From assembly GCA_036689405.1 (NCBI GenBank), contig CP144815.1:159073-223072 (forward strand): DNA of 64,000 nucleotides, given 5' to 3'. The notes under the pieces were generated by a model. It worked only from the letters and a program-made list of their open reading frames with translations, had not been told where the DNA came from and did not search any database. This DNA comes from Candidatus Stammera capleta (lineage in GTDB: Bacteria; Pseudomonadota; Gammaproteobacteria; Enterobacterales; Enterobacteriaceae). Position 1 is the stretch's first letter, and each line of letters begins with the position of its first letter. The translations under genes were made by a program, and so were the position numbers. Shown here piece after piece: positions 12,823 through 25,065 of the stretch.

Positions 12823-13363
12823 ATTAAAAATTATAAAAAAAAAAGATATTTTAAAAAATATAAAATTAACAATGAAATTAAAAGTTATAAAATAAAGTTA
12901 ATAAATAATAAAGACAAAAATAAAAATATAATTTTAACAAAAGAAGCATTAAAAATAGCTAAAGATCTTAATTTAGATTTAGTAGAAATAAATCCTAACT
13001 TTAATCCACCAATATGTAAAATATTAAATTATGGAAAATATATATATAAAAAAAAAAAAAAATAATAAAAAACATAAAAACAACAAAAAAATACAAATAA
13101 AAGAAATAAAATTTAGATTTAATACAGATAAAAATGATTATAATATAAAAATAAATAATATAATAAAATTTATAAATAAAAAATATAAAATTAAAATTTC
13201 AATTATATTAAGAGGAAGAGAAATAATACATAAAAATTTAGCAATAGATATGTTAAATAATATAAAAAAAAAAATAAAAAAAAATAATAATAAAATTATT
13301 TTTATAAAAAAAATCACAGAAAATAGACAAATTTCAATGATATTAATATCTAAAAAAAAATAA
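12823..13363 (+). CDS. infC: Translation initiation factor IF-3, reading frame broken inside an A15 tract (13048-13062)
   Basis: The N-domain frame (ATT 12823, preceded by AAGGA 12811-12815) reads KINNEIKSYKIKLI...LDLVEINPNFNPPICKILNYGKYIYKKKKK and stops at TAA 13063-13065. The C-domain (IQIKEIKFRFNTDKNDYNIKINNIIKFI...ILRGREIIH...) is in the next frame, open from 13028 to TAA 13361-13363. There is no in-frame ATG/GTG/TTG ahead of the N-domain, consistent with the classical AUU start of infC. Confidence 0.85.
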
Positions 13364-13364
13364 T

Positions 13365-13562
13365 ATGTTAAAAATAAAAAGTATTAAATCAATTAAAAAA
13401 AGAATTAAAAAAACTTCTTCAGGAAAATTAAAATTTAAATGTTGTAATTTACGTCATATTTTAACAAAAAAAAAAAAGAGAAGAAAAAGAAAATTAAAAA
13501 AAAAAAAAATAGTAAATAAAACAATCAGTAAAAAAATAAAAAAAATAAATCCATATTTATAA
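13365..13562 (+). CDS. rpmI: 50S ribosomal protein L35
   Basis: [36 protein letters not shown] ~ E. coli [36 protein letters not shown]. It follows infC as in E. coli. Confidence 0.95.
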   Translation: [65 protein letters not shown]

Positions 13563-13581
13563 TAATAAATAGGTAAAGATT

Positions 13582-13929
13582 ATGGTTAGAATAAAAAGAG
13601 GCGTAACTGCACATAAAAAACACAAAAAAATAATTAAAAAAGCAAAAGGATATTATTCCTGTAGATCAAAAACTTATAAATCAGCAAAACAAGCAGTAAT
13701 AAAAGCAGGACAATATTCATATAGAGATAGAAAACAAAAAAAAAGATATTTTAGAAAAATATGAATTTTACAAATAAATGCAAAAGTAAGAAAATATGGA
13801 TTAACATACAATCAATTTATATATAAAATAAAAAAAATTTTTAATATAAATAGAAAAATATTATCTGAAATAATAAATAAAGAAAAAAAAAGTTTTAATA
13901 AAATAATATCATTAATTAAAAAACAATAA
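13582..13929 (+). CDS. rplT: 50S ribosomal protein L20
   Basis: [25 protein letters not shown]...[14 protein letters not shown](TGA)ILQINA is typical L20. Stop is TAA 13927-13929. Confidence 0.95.
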
Positions 13930-13950
13930 ATAATTTATTTTAAATAAAAA

Positions 13951-14925
13951 ATGTTAAATTTTAATAAATATATAAATAAATTTAATAAAAATATTAAAAA
14001 TAAGAATGATATAAAATCTATAGAAAAAATACGCATAAAATACTTAGGTAAAAAAGGATATATAAATATATTAATTAAAAATATTAAAAAAATATCAAAA
14101 CAGAAAAGACCTAAAATAGGTAAAATAATAAATAAAATAAAAAAATATATAAAAAATAAAATATATTTAAAAAAAAAATATATAATTAAAGAAAATATTA
14201 AAAAAAATGAAGTATATATAGATATATCTTTACCAGGAAGAAAATATTTTATAGGTAAAAAACATATTATTACTCAAACTTTAAATAAAATAGAAAAATT
14301 TTTTCAAGAATTAGGATTTTTAAATATAACAGGTAATGAAATAGAAAATAAATATTATAATTTTGATTTATTAAATGTAAACAAATATCATCCTTCAAGA
14401 TCAAAAAAAGACACATTTTGAATTAATAAAAATACTTTATTAAGAACTCAAACATCATGTTTACAAATAAGATATATGAAAAAAAATAAACCTCCTATTA
14501 AAGTAATTACATCAGGATGTGTATTTAGAAAAGATTATGATAAAACTCATACACCTGTTTTTCATCAATTAGATTTATTTTTAATAGATAAAAATATAAA
14601 TTTTTCTAACTTAAAATATATAATTATAAAATTTTTAATACATTTCTTTAACAAAAATATAAAAATTAAATTTTTACCATCATATTTTCCTTTTACAGAA
14701 CCTTCAGCAGAAATATTTATAAAAAACAAAAGCAATAAATGATTAGAAATATTAGGATGTGGTTTAATACATCCTAAAATATTAAATAATTTAAATATTA
14801 ATCCAAATATATATTCAGGAATAGCATTTGGTATAGGAATAGAAAGATTAATAATGATAAAATATAATATAAAAGATATAAAATTATTATATGAAAATAA
14901 TATTAAATTATTAAAACAATTTTAA
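13951..14925 (+). CDS. pheS: Phenylalanyl-tRNA synthetase alpha subunit
   Basis: Track ORFs 13951-14421 and 14476-14742 are in one frame, joined by TGA codons. Motifs: HPSRSKKDTFW, GCVFRKDYDKTHTPVFHQLD, FPFTEPSAEI, GIAFGIGIERL. Stop is TAA 14923-14925. Confidence 0.93.
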
Positions 14926-14940
14926 TTTTTTGGTATAAAA

Positions 14941-17166
14941 ATGAAATTTTATAAAGAATGAATTAAAAAATATATAAAAAATAATTTAAATATTAATAAT
15001 ATAATTAATTTATTAAAAAATAATGGTTTTGAAACAAATTATATTAATATAAATAAAAATAAAAATTATATAATAAAAAAAAATATACTACATAAAATAT
15101 ATTTATTAAAATGAATATGCATAAAAATAAAATATAAAAATAAAATATATAAAAAATATATAAAATATATTAAAGAAAATATAGAAAATAAATATATTTT
15201 AATAAATAAAAAAGATATTAAAAATAATTATTTTTTTTTAAAAAAAAAACAATATCATAAAAAATATATTTTTATACTCTATAAAGAAAAAAATACATTA
15301 AAAGAAAATATTAAATATTTAAATAAAATTAATTTATTAGAAATAAATATACCTTATAATAAAATAAATTGTAATAATATATATTCTATATGTAAAGAAA
15401 TATCAATATTAATAAATAAAAATATTTATTTAAATATAAAAAAAAAAAAAAAGATATATAAATCAAAAATAATTATAAAAAATAAAAATTTAGATAAAAA
15501 TATAATTAATTATAAATATATTATTATAAATAATATTAAAAATATAAATAAAAAAATTTACACAAATTATAAAAACAAACTAAATTTATTAAATATAAAA
15601 ATTAATAATAATATAAAAGATATAATAAATTATATTTTAATAGAATCAGGACAAAAAATTATATATTTAGATTTAGATAAAATAATTAAATATAACAAAA
15701 TTAATAATGAAATTATAAATATAAAAGAAAAATTTTTAATAAAAAAAAACATTGAAAAATATTATATAACACAAAATACTAAAAATTTAATTATAATTTC
15801 TCCATTATATGAATATAAATATATTATTAAAAATAATAATTGTAATAATAAAATTAATAAATATATAAGTAATAGTTATAATAATATACAAAATATATTT
15901 TTACAAAAAACAGCAGAAATAATAAAAAAAAAATATAAAGGAAATATAAATAAAATTAATATAATATATAATTTTAAAAAAAAAAAAAAAACAAAAATTA
16001 TATTAATAAAATATAAATACATAAAAAAAAAAATTGGATTTAATATTAAAAAAAAAAAAATATTAAATATTTTAAAATTAATAGGATATAAAATAATTAA
16101 AAAAAAAAAAAAATATTTTATTATTAAAATACCAAAATGAAAAAATAATATAAAAATAATAGAAAATATTATTTCTGAAATATTAAAAATATATGGATAT
16201 AATAAAATTCCAATGAAAAATTTTAGTACAAATATTATAATTAAAAAAAAAAAAAATATATCAGAAAAAATAAATAGTATAAAAAATATAGTAATAAGTA
16301 TAGGTTATAAAGAAATAATAAATTTTCAATTTATAAGTAAATATAAAGAATATTTATTTTTTAATAAATATAAAAATATAAAAATATATAATCCTTTATC
16401 TAAAAATACGAAATTATTAAGAACTTCATTAGTTCCAAATATGATAGATTCTTTATCTTTTAATATTAGAAGACAACAAAAAAGTATTAAATTTTTTGAA
16501 TTAGGAACATGTTTTAAATTAAAACAAAATAATAAAATAAAAGAAAATAAAAAATTATCTTTAGTAATATATGGATATAAAAATAAAAATAAATGATATA
16601 TAAATAATAATCATTTTGATTTTTATGATATAAAAGGAGATTTAATATATATATTTAAAAAAAAAAATAAAGAAAAATATTTAGATATAAAAAAATCTAA
16701 TAATAAAATATTAGATAAATACCAAAACGCTGATATATTTTATAAAAAAAAAAAAATAGGCTATATAGGTATGTTAAATAAAAAAATACAATATAAATAT
16801 TCTTTAAAATATCCAGTATTTTTATTTGAAATAAAAATTAAAAATATATTATTTAAAAAAAAAATAAATATAAAAAAAATCTCAAAATATCAAAATAATA
16901 TAAGAGATATAACATTAATTATAGATAAAAAAATATCAATAAATAATTTAATTAAATTATGTATATCAATAAATAAAAAAAAAATAAAAAAAATTAGTAT
17001 TATTAAAATATATAATAATAAACTAAAAAATATAAAAAAAAAAAATATAACATTAAGATTAAATATACAAGATAATAATAAAACATTAAAATCAGAAGAA
17101 ATAAATAATATTATATATAAATGTAAAGAAAAATTAAAAAAAAAATTTAATGCAATAATTAATTAA
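14941..17166 (+). CDS. pheT: Phenylalanyl-tRNA synthetase beta subunit
   Basis: Starts MKFYKEW(TGA)IKKY ~ E. coli MKFSELWLREW. The whole 14941-16213 segment was read codon by codon and is intact despite four A15-A16 tracts. Motifs: LLEINIPYNKINCNNIYSI, NYILIESGQKI, IPKW(TGA)KNNIKIIENIISEILKIYGYNKIP. ~741 codons. Confidence 0.92.
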
Positions 17167-17235
17167 TTTAAAAAAAAATATTAATAATTATAAAAATAAC
17201 AAATAAAAAGTTAAATAAAAATTAAAAAAATAATT

Positions 17236-17934
17236 ATGAATAAAAAATTATATTTTAATTCAAATAATATTAATAAATATATAAATAAAATATATAATTG
17301 AATGTTATTTAGTTTATTAATAACATTATCTATATCATGATATATAATAAAAATACCTTTCTTTTCAGAAATAATATTTCTAAATAAATTATTTTTATTA
17401 ACTTTACTAACAACACAATTATTTATTATTTTTTTAATTTCAAATTTAATAAATAAAATAAATATAAATATTATTATATTAGTATATATACTATATTCAG
17501 TATTAACAGGAATATCTATATCAAATATATTTTTAATATATACTTATTCTTCAATAATAATATCATTTTTAATATGTAATATTATATTTTTTATTATGAG
17601 TTTTATAGGTTATACTTCAAAAATTGATTTAACTAAAATAGGAAATATTTCTTTAGTATTAATAACAGGAACTATCATAAGTACTATATTAAATATAATA
17701 TTAAAAAGTTCTTTTATTGTTTTTATAAATTCATATATAAATACATTATCTTTTTATATACTTATAATATGAGATACAAATAAATTAAAAGAAATAGGAA
17801 AAAATATAATAGAAAATAATAATTATAAAAAAATAAAAAAATATTCTATATTAGGAGCATTAATTTTATATTTAAATTTTACTAATTTATACTTATTAAT
17901 TTTAAAATTATCAGGCAATAAAATAATAAAATAA
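17236..17934 (+). CDS. ybhL: BAX-inhibitor-1 / YbhL-family inner membrane protein
   Basis: KIYNW(TGA)MLFSLLITLSISWY and the C-terminal IWDTNKLKEIG...KKYSILGALILYLNFTNLYLLILKLSGNK closely mirror E. coli YbhL (AYDTQKLKNMG...RKYSILGALTLYLDFINLFLMLLRIFGNRR). Multiple hydrophobic spans are present. Confidence 0.85.
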
Positions 17935-17961
17935 TAAATAATAAATAATAAATAATAAATA
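17934..17961. repeat. Perfect tandem heptamer (ATAAATA)x4 at and after the ybhL stop codon
   Basis: Read directly: ataaata ataaata ataaata ataaata. Confidence 0.6.
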
Positions 17962-18003
17962 TTTTTTTATAAAAATATTTTTAATTATAAAAAATAAAAT
18001 ATT

Positions 18004-18546
18004 TTACTTTAAAATACTTTTTTTATATAAATTTATTGAATTAATAATAATATTTTTTGCTTCATGAATATCATATCAATTATCAATTTTTATTCATTTA
18101 TTTTTATCTAAATCTTTATAATGTTCAAAAAAATATCATATATTATTTAATATATCTTTAGAAATATCACATATATCTTGTATTGAATTATATTCATCAG
18201 TAATATTATAATTAGGTATTGCTAATATTTTATTATCTTCTCCACATTCATCTATTAATTTTAATACACCTATAGGACGACATTGTATAATTGAATTAAT
18301 ATATAATGGATATTTACAAATTACTAATACATCTAAAGAATCTTTATCTTTTGATAAAGTATTATTAATATAACCATAATTAAATGGATAAAATATAGGA
18401 ATTTTAATAAATCTATCTACTCAAATAGAATTATATTTTTTATTTTTTTCATATTTCACATAACATGTATTTAAAGGAATTTCTATAATAACATAAATAT
18501 CATTTGGAATATCTTTTCCTGAAGGAATATTATTTTTTATTAACAT
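18004..18546 (-). CDS. ppa: Inorganic pyrophosphatase
   Basis: The reverse translation [24 protein letters not shown]...[24 protein letters not shown]...[23 protein letters not shown]...[13 protein letters not shown](TGA)IKI matches E. coli Ppa almost motif for motif. 180 codons. Confidence 0.95.
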
Positions 18547-18632
18547 AATTTTTTATAAAATATTCAATTATTAAATAATTAAAACATAATATATATTATA
18601 ATATATATATACATTAAAATACAAATAAAATT

Positions 18633-19979
18633 ATGAATACTAAAAATAATATATATAAATATATAAAAAAAATTAAAAAAATATTTAAAATAATTAAAAA
18701 AAAGACAAAAACAAAAATAGAAATTAAACTAAAAATTAATAAAGAAATTAATACAAAAACAAAAAATAAAAAAATAGAAAATATAAATTTTAAAAAAAAT
18801 ATATTATTAAATATAACTTCATATTTAAAAAAAAAGAAATGTAATATTATTATAAATAATTTAAATATTAAAAATATTAAAAAATGTATTAATTATATTA
18901 ATAATACAATTAATTATATATCAATAGACAAATATAATAATTTACCAAATAAAAAAATATTTATAAAAAAACAAAAAAAAAATTTAGGAATATATTTTAA
19001 AGATAATATTAGTATTAAAAAAATGATTAATATATCAAAAAATATAGAACAAAATTCAATTAATTTAAATAAAAATATTATAAATGACAATACAATATTT
19101 AATAAATATAAAAATATATATATTATATATAATGAATATAAAAAAATAAAATTATATAAATATAATTATTATTTAATAATACATAATATTATTATAAAAT
19201 ATAAAAATATTATGGAATACGATTCTATATATTTATATAGACATAAATTATCAGATATAATTAATAATTATAAATATTTAAGTAATAAAATAGTTAAAAA
19301 TATATTAATAAAAATAAAACAAAAAAACATAAAAACTAAAAAATATTCTATAATATTTAATAATGAAACAAGTAGTGAAATATTAAAATATTTATATGAT
19401 TTAATAAATGGAAAAAATATATATAATAAAATATCTTTTTTATATAATAAATTAAATAAAAAAATATTTCCTAAATGAATTAATATTATAGAAAATCCAT
19501 ATATTTATAAAGGTATAGGTACAAAACCATTTGATAATGAAGGTTTAAATACAAAAAAATATTATATAATTAAAAATGGTATATTAAAAACATGAATATT
19601 AGATTCATATTATTCAAGAAAATTAAAAAAAAAAAATACATTTAATTCTGGTGGAATACATAATTGAGTAATTAAAAATAATAAAAATAATATATCTTAT
19701 AAAAAATTAATAAAATTAATGAATAATGGAATAATAATAGATAAATTTTTAGGAGAAGGAGTAAATATAAGTACAGGTTTATATTCAAAAGGAATATCAG
19801 GATATTTAGTAAAAAATGGAAAAATAAAATATTATATAAATGAAGCTATAATATCAGGTAATTTAATAAATTTATATAAAAATATTAAAAATATAAGTAA
19901 CGATATAAACATTAATTCTAAAATTAGAACAGGTTCAATATTAATTAATAATATTAATCTAACAAGTAATAAAAAATAA
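18633..19979 (+). CDS. pmbA: PmbA/TldE metalloprotease-family protein
   Basis: Track ORFs 18633-19478 and 19719-19979 are in one frame. The C-terminus [53 protein letters not shown]...RTGSILI ~ E. coli PmbA [50 protein letters not shown]. ~448 codons. Confidence 0.85.
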
Positions 19980-20012
19980 TTTTTTTTTAAATAAATAATT
20001 TATCAAAAAAAA

Positions 20013-21179
20013 TTATTTTATATTATTTTTTTTTTCTAAAATAGAAATAACAGGTAATTTTTTACCTTCTATAAATTTTAAAAACGAACCACCACCACTA
20101 GATATATAAGAAATTTTATCAGAAATATTAAATAATTCTGCTGCTAATATAGTATCTCCACCACCAATTATACTAAAAGAATTACTTTTTAATATAGCTT
20201 TAGCTATCATTTCAGTGCCTTTACGAAAATTTGAATATTCAAATACACCTACAGGACCATTTCATAATATAGTTTTTGCTTTTATAATTATTTTATATAT
20301 AAATCTAATAGTTTTATTTCCAAAATCTACAATTTCTTCATCATTACAAATATCATAAACATTTTTGATATAAGAATTTGAAAATTCAGAAATTTTTTTT
20401 GTTACCCTACAATCAATTGGTACAGGAATATTATATTTATTACGTAATTTTTTTGCTTTCTTAATATAAGAAGGTTCATATAAAGACTTTCCTACTTTAT
20501 TATCTATAGATATAAATGTATTTGATATACCACCTCCAACTATTAAAGTATCTGATTTTTTAGCTAAATTATTTAATACATTAAATTTAGTAGAAATTTT
20601 GGATCCTCCAATTATAGAAACTAATGGTCTTATAGGATTTAAAATTAATTTAGATAACATTTTAATTTCATTATAAAATAATATACCTATACAAGAAATA
20701 GATGCATATTTTATAATTCCATATGTAGAAGAATGTTTTCTATGAGCAGTTGCAAAAGCATCCATAACAAAAATATCACATAATTTAGCATATTTTTTAG
20801 ATAATAAATTACAATTTTTAATTTCACCAATATTAAATCTAACATTTTCTAAAACTAAAATTTCATTTTTAGATTTAAATTTTAAATTATCTATATTTAA
20901 ATAATTATTAATTAATCTAATAGATAAATTAATTTTTTTTCTTAAATATTTTACTATTGGTAATAATGAAAAATTTATATCATATTTACCCTCAATAGGT
21001 CTTCCTAAATGAGAAAATATTATTAAATATCCACCATTTTTTATAATATATTTTATAGTAGGTAAAGATAACTTTATACGTTTATTAGACATAATAATTC
21101 CATTTTTAATTGGAACATTTAAATCTAATCTAAGTAATATTTTTTTATTAAATATATTAATATTTTTAATATTCAACAT
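20013..21179 (-). CDS. pgk: Phosphoglycerate kinase
   Basis: Track ORFs 20262-21179 and 20013-20210 are in one frame, joined by TGA codons. Motifs: [45 protein letters not shown]. ~388 codons. Confidence 0.95.
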
Positions 21180-21478
21180 TATATTTTATATCCTAAAAAT
21201 AATAAATAATAATATAAATATTATATCAAAATTAATAAAATATTTTAAAAATATTTAATATGTTAAAAATAATATATTTAATTATCCTAAAATTATAATT
21301 TATAATATAACTAATATTAAATAATATAAAAAAAATAATTTTTTATATATTTAAATATTTATAAAAAAAATAAAAAATTTATTATTAATAAATACATTTA
21401 ATAAAAAATTATAAATATATAAATGATATAATAAAAATATATTTTTTTTAAAAAAATATATATAAAATAAACAAAAAA

Positions 21479-22030
21479 ATGAAAAAAATATTAATATTTC
21501 TAAATAAAAATTACTGAAATATAATATATATATTATATATAATTAATAAATTAATAGAATTTCCATTAGTGTTAATAACACATATAATTTTTATATATAT
21601 ATATATAAATAATATAAAAATTAAAAACAAATTTAAAATAATATTATTATTAATATTAATACCATTATTATCTTTATTAATAAAAAAAATTATAAAAAAA
21701 ATAATATTTATAGAAAGACCATATTTAAATATATTAAATAATATAAAAAAAAATAAAATTAAAAAAAAATACTATAAAATCCCAATTTGATTAAAAAAAA
21801 ATTGGAAAAATAAAAAAGATAGTTCTTTTCCTTCAGGACATACAATATTCTCTAATTTTTGAATTATATTATTTAAAAAAAAAAAAAAAATATATATAAA
21901 TATTATAAATAATATATTAAAAATTATTATTATAAGTAGAATATTATTATATTTACATAGATTAGAAGATATTATATTTAGTTTAATAATAAATTATATA
22001 ATAAAAAATATAATTTCAATTATATTTTAA
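21479..22030 (+). CDS. pgpB: PAP2-family phosphatase (PgpB-like; phosphatidylglycerophosphatase / undecaprenyl-diphosphatase)
   Basis: All three PAP2 motifs are present: KKIIFIERPY, NW(TGA)KNKKDSSFPSGHT (E. coli PgpB: HWQKETGFAFPSGHT), SRILLYLHRLEDI. Hydrophobic segments are present. The gene runs from ATG 21479 to TAA 22028-22030, ~183 codons. Confidence 0.65.
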
Positions 22031-22931
22031 AAATAAAAAAATCTCTAGCTATTTTTGTATTAGAAAAATATTTATAACAATTATTTAACATTAAAATAAG
22101 ATCTTTATAAGAATATCTAGAACTAAAATGAGTAATTATTAATTTTTTTACATTATATTTTCTAGCAATTATAGCTGCTTGTATATTAGTAGAATGACCT
22201 CTAGAATTAGCTTCTTTATACATATTATTATCTAATGTTGATTCATATACTAATAAATCCAAATTATATAAATAATTACATTTTTTTTTAAGAGGTGAAG
22301 TATCTCCTAAAATAGCTATTTTTTTTCCAATTATTTTTTTTCCTAAATATTTTTTACCATTAATAATTCTATTATTTAAATTAATTTTTTTACCTAATTT
22401 TAAAACCTTATATATTGGTCCAGGATATATACCTTCAAGTATTAATTTTTTTACATTTAAATGACCAGGTTTATTACATTGTTTTATATAAAAACCATAG
22501 CATTCTAAAGTATGATTTAATAAAAAACAACTTACTTTATAATTTCCATTATTAAATAAACTACCTTCTTTAATTTCAAATATTTTTAATGGAAAATTAA
22601 CACAACAATTAGTTAATTTTAAAGATAAATTAATAAATTTTTTTATACCTTTAGTACCATAAATTTCTAAAGAATCATTAGAATTATACATAGATCTACT
22701 AGTTAATAAACCAACTAAACCAAAAATATGATCACCATGCATATGAGTAATAAATATTTTTTTAATTTTATTTAACTTTATAGATGTATATAAAATTTGA
22801 TGTTGAGTACCTTCACCACAATCAAATAATCAAATTTCATTAATATTATTGTTTAAAATAAGAGCTATACTACTAACATTTCTTCTTATAGATGGAGAAC
22901 CTGCATTAGTACCTAAAAATTGAATATACAT
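22020..22931 (-). CDS. rnz: Ribonuclease Z / RNase BN (tRNA 3' endonuclease)
   Basis: MYIQFLGTNAGSPSIRRNVSSIAL...IW(TGA)LFDCGEGTQHQIL...IFITHMHGDHIFGLVGLL...ECYGFYI...GDTSP...VYESTL...NSRGHST...LIITHFSSRY parallels E. coli Rbn/ElaC throughout. 303 codons. Confidence 0.92.
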
Positions 22932-23415
22932 TATATATACCAAAATAAAAAAAATTAATAAACTATTTAATAATATAACTATATATATAAAATAATATTT
23001 TAATAAATATTATTTATATAAAAATAAATATTTTTAAAAAAAAATATATAAATATAATAATAATATTTTTAATATAAATAAAAATTAAATATTTTAAAAT
23101 ATATAAAAAATAACTACTTTAATAAAAAAATTTATAAATATAAATATATTTATAAAAAAATATAATTTTTAAAAAAAATAAAAAATATTATCATATATAA
23201 TATATATTACATATATATAAATAATATTTAAAATAAAATTAAATTATTAAATTTTTTAATAAAATATTATTAAAAATAATGTTTTTCTTAACAAAAATTA
23301 ATAAAAAATAATAAATTATTTTTTTAAAAAAAAATAAATAAAAAAATATAAATTAATTTAAATTATTAACATAAATTTTAAAATAACTAACTATTTTTAT
23401 AAATATATAAATAAA

Positions 23416-25023
23416 ATGAATAATAAAAATTTTATATATAATAAAATAAATAAAGATATAAAAAATAAAAAATATAAAAAAATTATAACACGCTTTGCAC
23501 CTGAACCAAATGGTTATTTACATATAGGACATGCAAAATCTATATTTATAAATTTTGAAATAGCAAAATATTATAAAGGAAAATGCAATTTAAGATTTGA
23601 TGATACTAATCCAGATACAATTAAAAAAAAATATATCAATTCAATAATAAAAGATATAAAATGATTAGGTTATAAATGAAATAAAAATATAAAATATGCA
23701 TCAGATTACTTTAATAAATATTATTATTATGCATTAATATTAATAAAAAAAAAATTAGCTTATATAGATGAATTATCAGAAAAAAAAATAAAAAAATATA
23801 GAGGTAACTTTAAAAAAGTTGGTAAAAATAGTCCTTTTAGAAATAGAAATATTAAAGATAATATTAATTTATTTAAAAAAATGAAAAATGGAATTTTCCC
23901 TGAAAAAAAAATGTGCTTAAGAGCAAAAATTGATATGAAATCAAAAAATATAATATTAAGAGATCCTATTTTATATAGAATAAAATATACTAAACATATA
24001 AAAACAAAATATAAATGATGTATATATCCAACATATGATTTTGCACATTGTATAGCAGATTCAATAGAAAAAATAAGTCATTCTTTATGTACATTAGAAT
24101 TTCAAAATAATAAAATATTATATAATTGAGTATTAAATAATATAAATATAAAACATAAACCAAAACAATATGAATTTTCTAGATTAAATATTACAAATAA
24201 TATAACTTCTAAAAGAAAAATTAATATTTTAATAAAAAAAAAAATAATAAATAATTGAAACGATCCACGATTAATTACTATATCGGGTATGAAAAAAAAA
24301 GGATATACTTATAAATCTATATTAAATTTTTGTAAATCTTTAGGAATAAGTAAACAAGAAAGTATTATAAATATAAACATATTAGAAAATTTTTTAAGAA
24401 AAGATTTAAATAAAATTTCTCCAAGAACTATGGGGGTTATAAATCCCATAAAATTAATATTAATAAATTTAAAAAAAAAAAAAAAAATATATATACCTAA
24501 TCATCCAAATAATAATAATTTCGGTAAAACAAAAATATATTTATACAAAAAAATATATATAGATAAAAAAGATATTAAAATTAATAAAAATTTAAAATTA
24601 AATAATTTATCAAATTATTTACTAAAATTAAAATATTCTGAATATATATATATAAAAAATATTATTTTAAACAAAAAAAATAAAATAAAATATATAATAT
24701 GTAAGTTATCTAAAAAAAAAAATATTAAAAAAAAATATAAAATAATACATTGAATATCAAAAAAAGATTCAATAAAAACTACATTTATTTTTTTTAAAAA
24801 TTTATTCATAAAAAAAAATATTATAAAATATAATAATGATAATAATTTTTTAAATTTTATAAATAAAAAATCTATAGTTAAAAAAATAGGATATATAAAT
24901 AAAAATATTATATATAAAAAAAATAAAATATTTCAATTAGAAAGAGAAGGATATTTTAAAAAAAAAAACAAAAATTATATAACTTTAAATCAAATAATAT
25001 CTTTAAAAAATAAACATATTTAA
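23416..25023 (+). CDS. glnS: Glutaminyl-tRNA synthetase
   Basis: [42 protein letters not shown]...W(TGA)LGYKW(TGA)...ASDYF is near-identical to the E. coli GlnRS motifs. Gaps 23665-24288 and 24754-25023 were read codon by codon and contain only TGA interruptions. Stop is TAA 25021-25023. Confidence 0.95.
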
Positions 25024-25065
25024 AAAAAATAATAATATATAAAGAATATTTAAAAAAAAATACAT

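Noticed and set aside
13031-13363. The 110-aa track ORF could be treated as an independent gene of unknown function.
   Set aside because: It is the C-terminal domain of IF-3 (IKEIKFRFNTD...RGREI...). It belongs with the upstream N-domain frame; see the infC finding.
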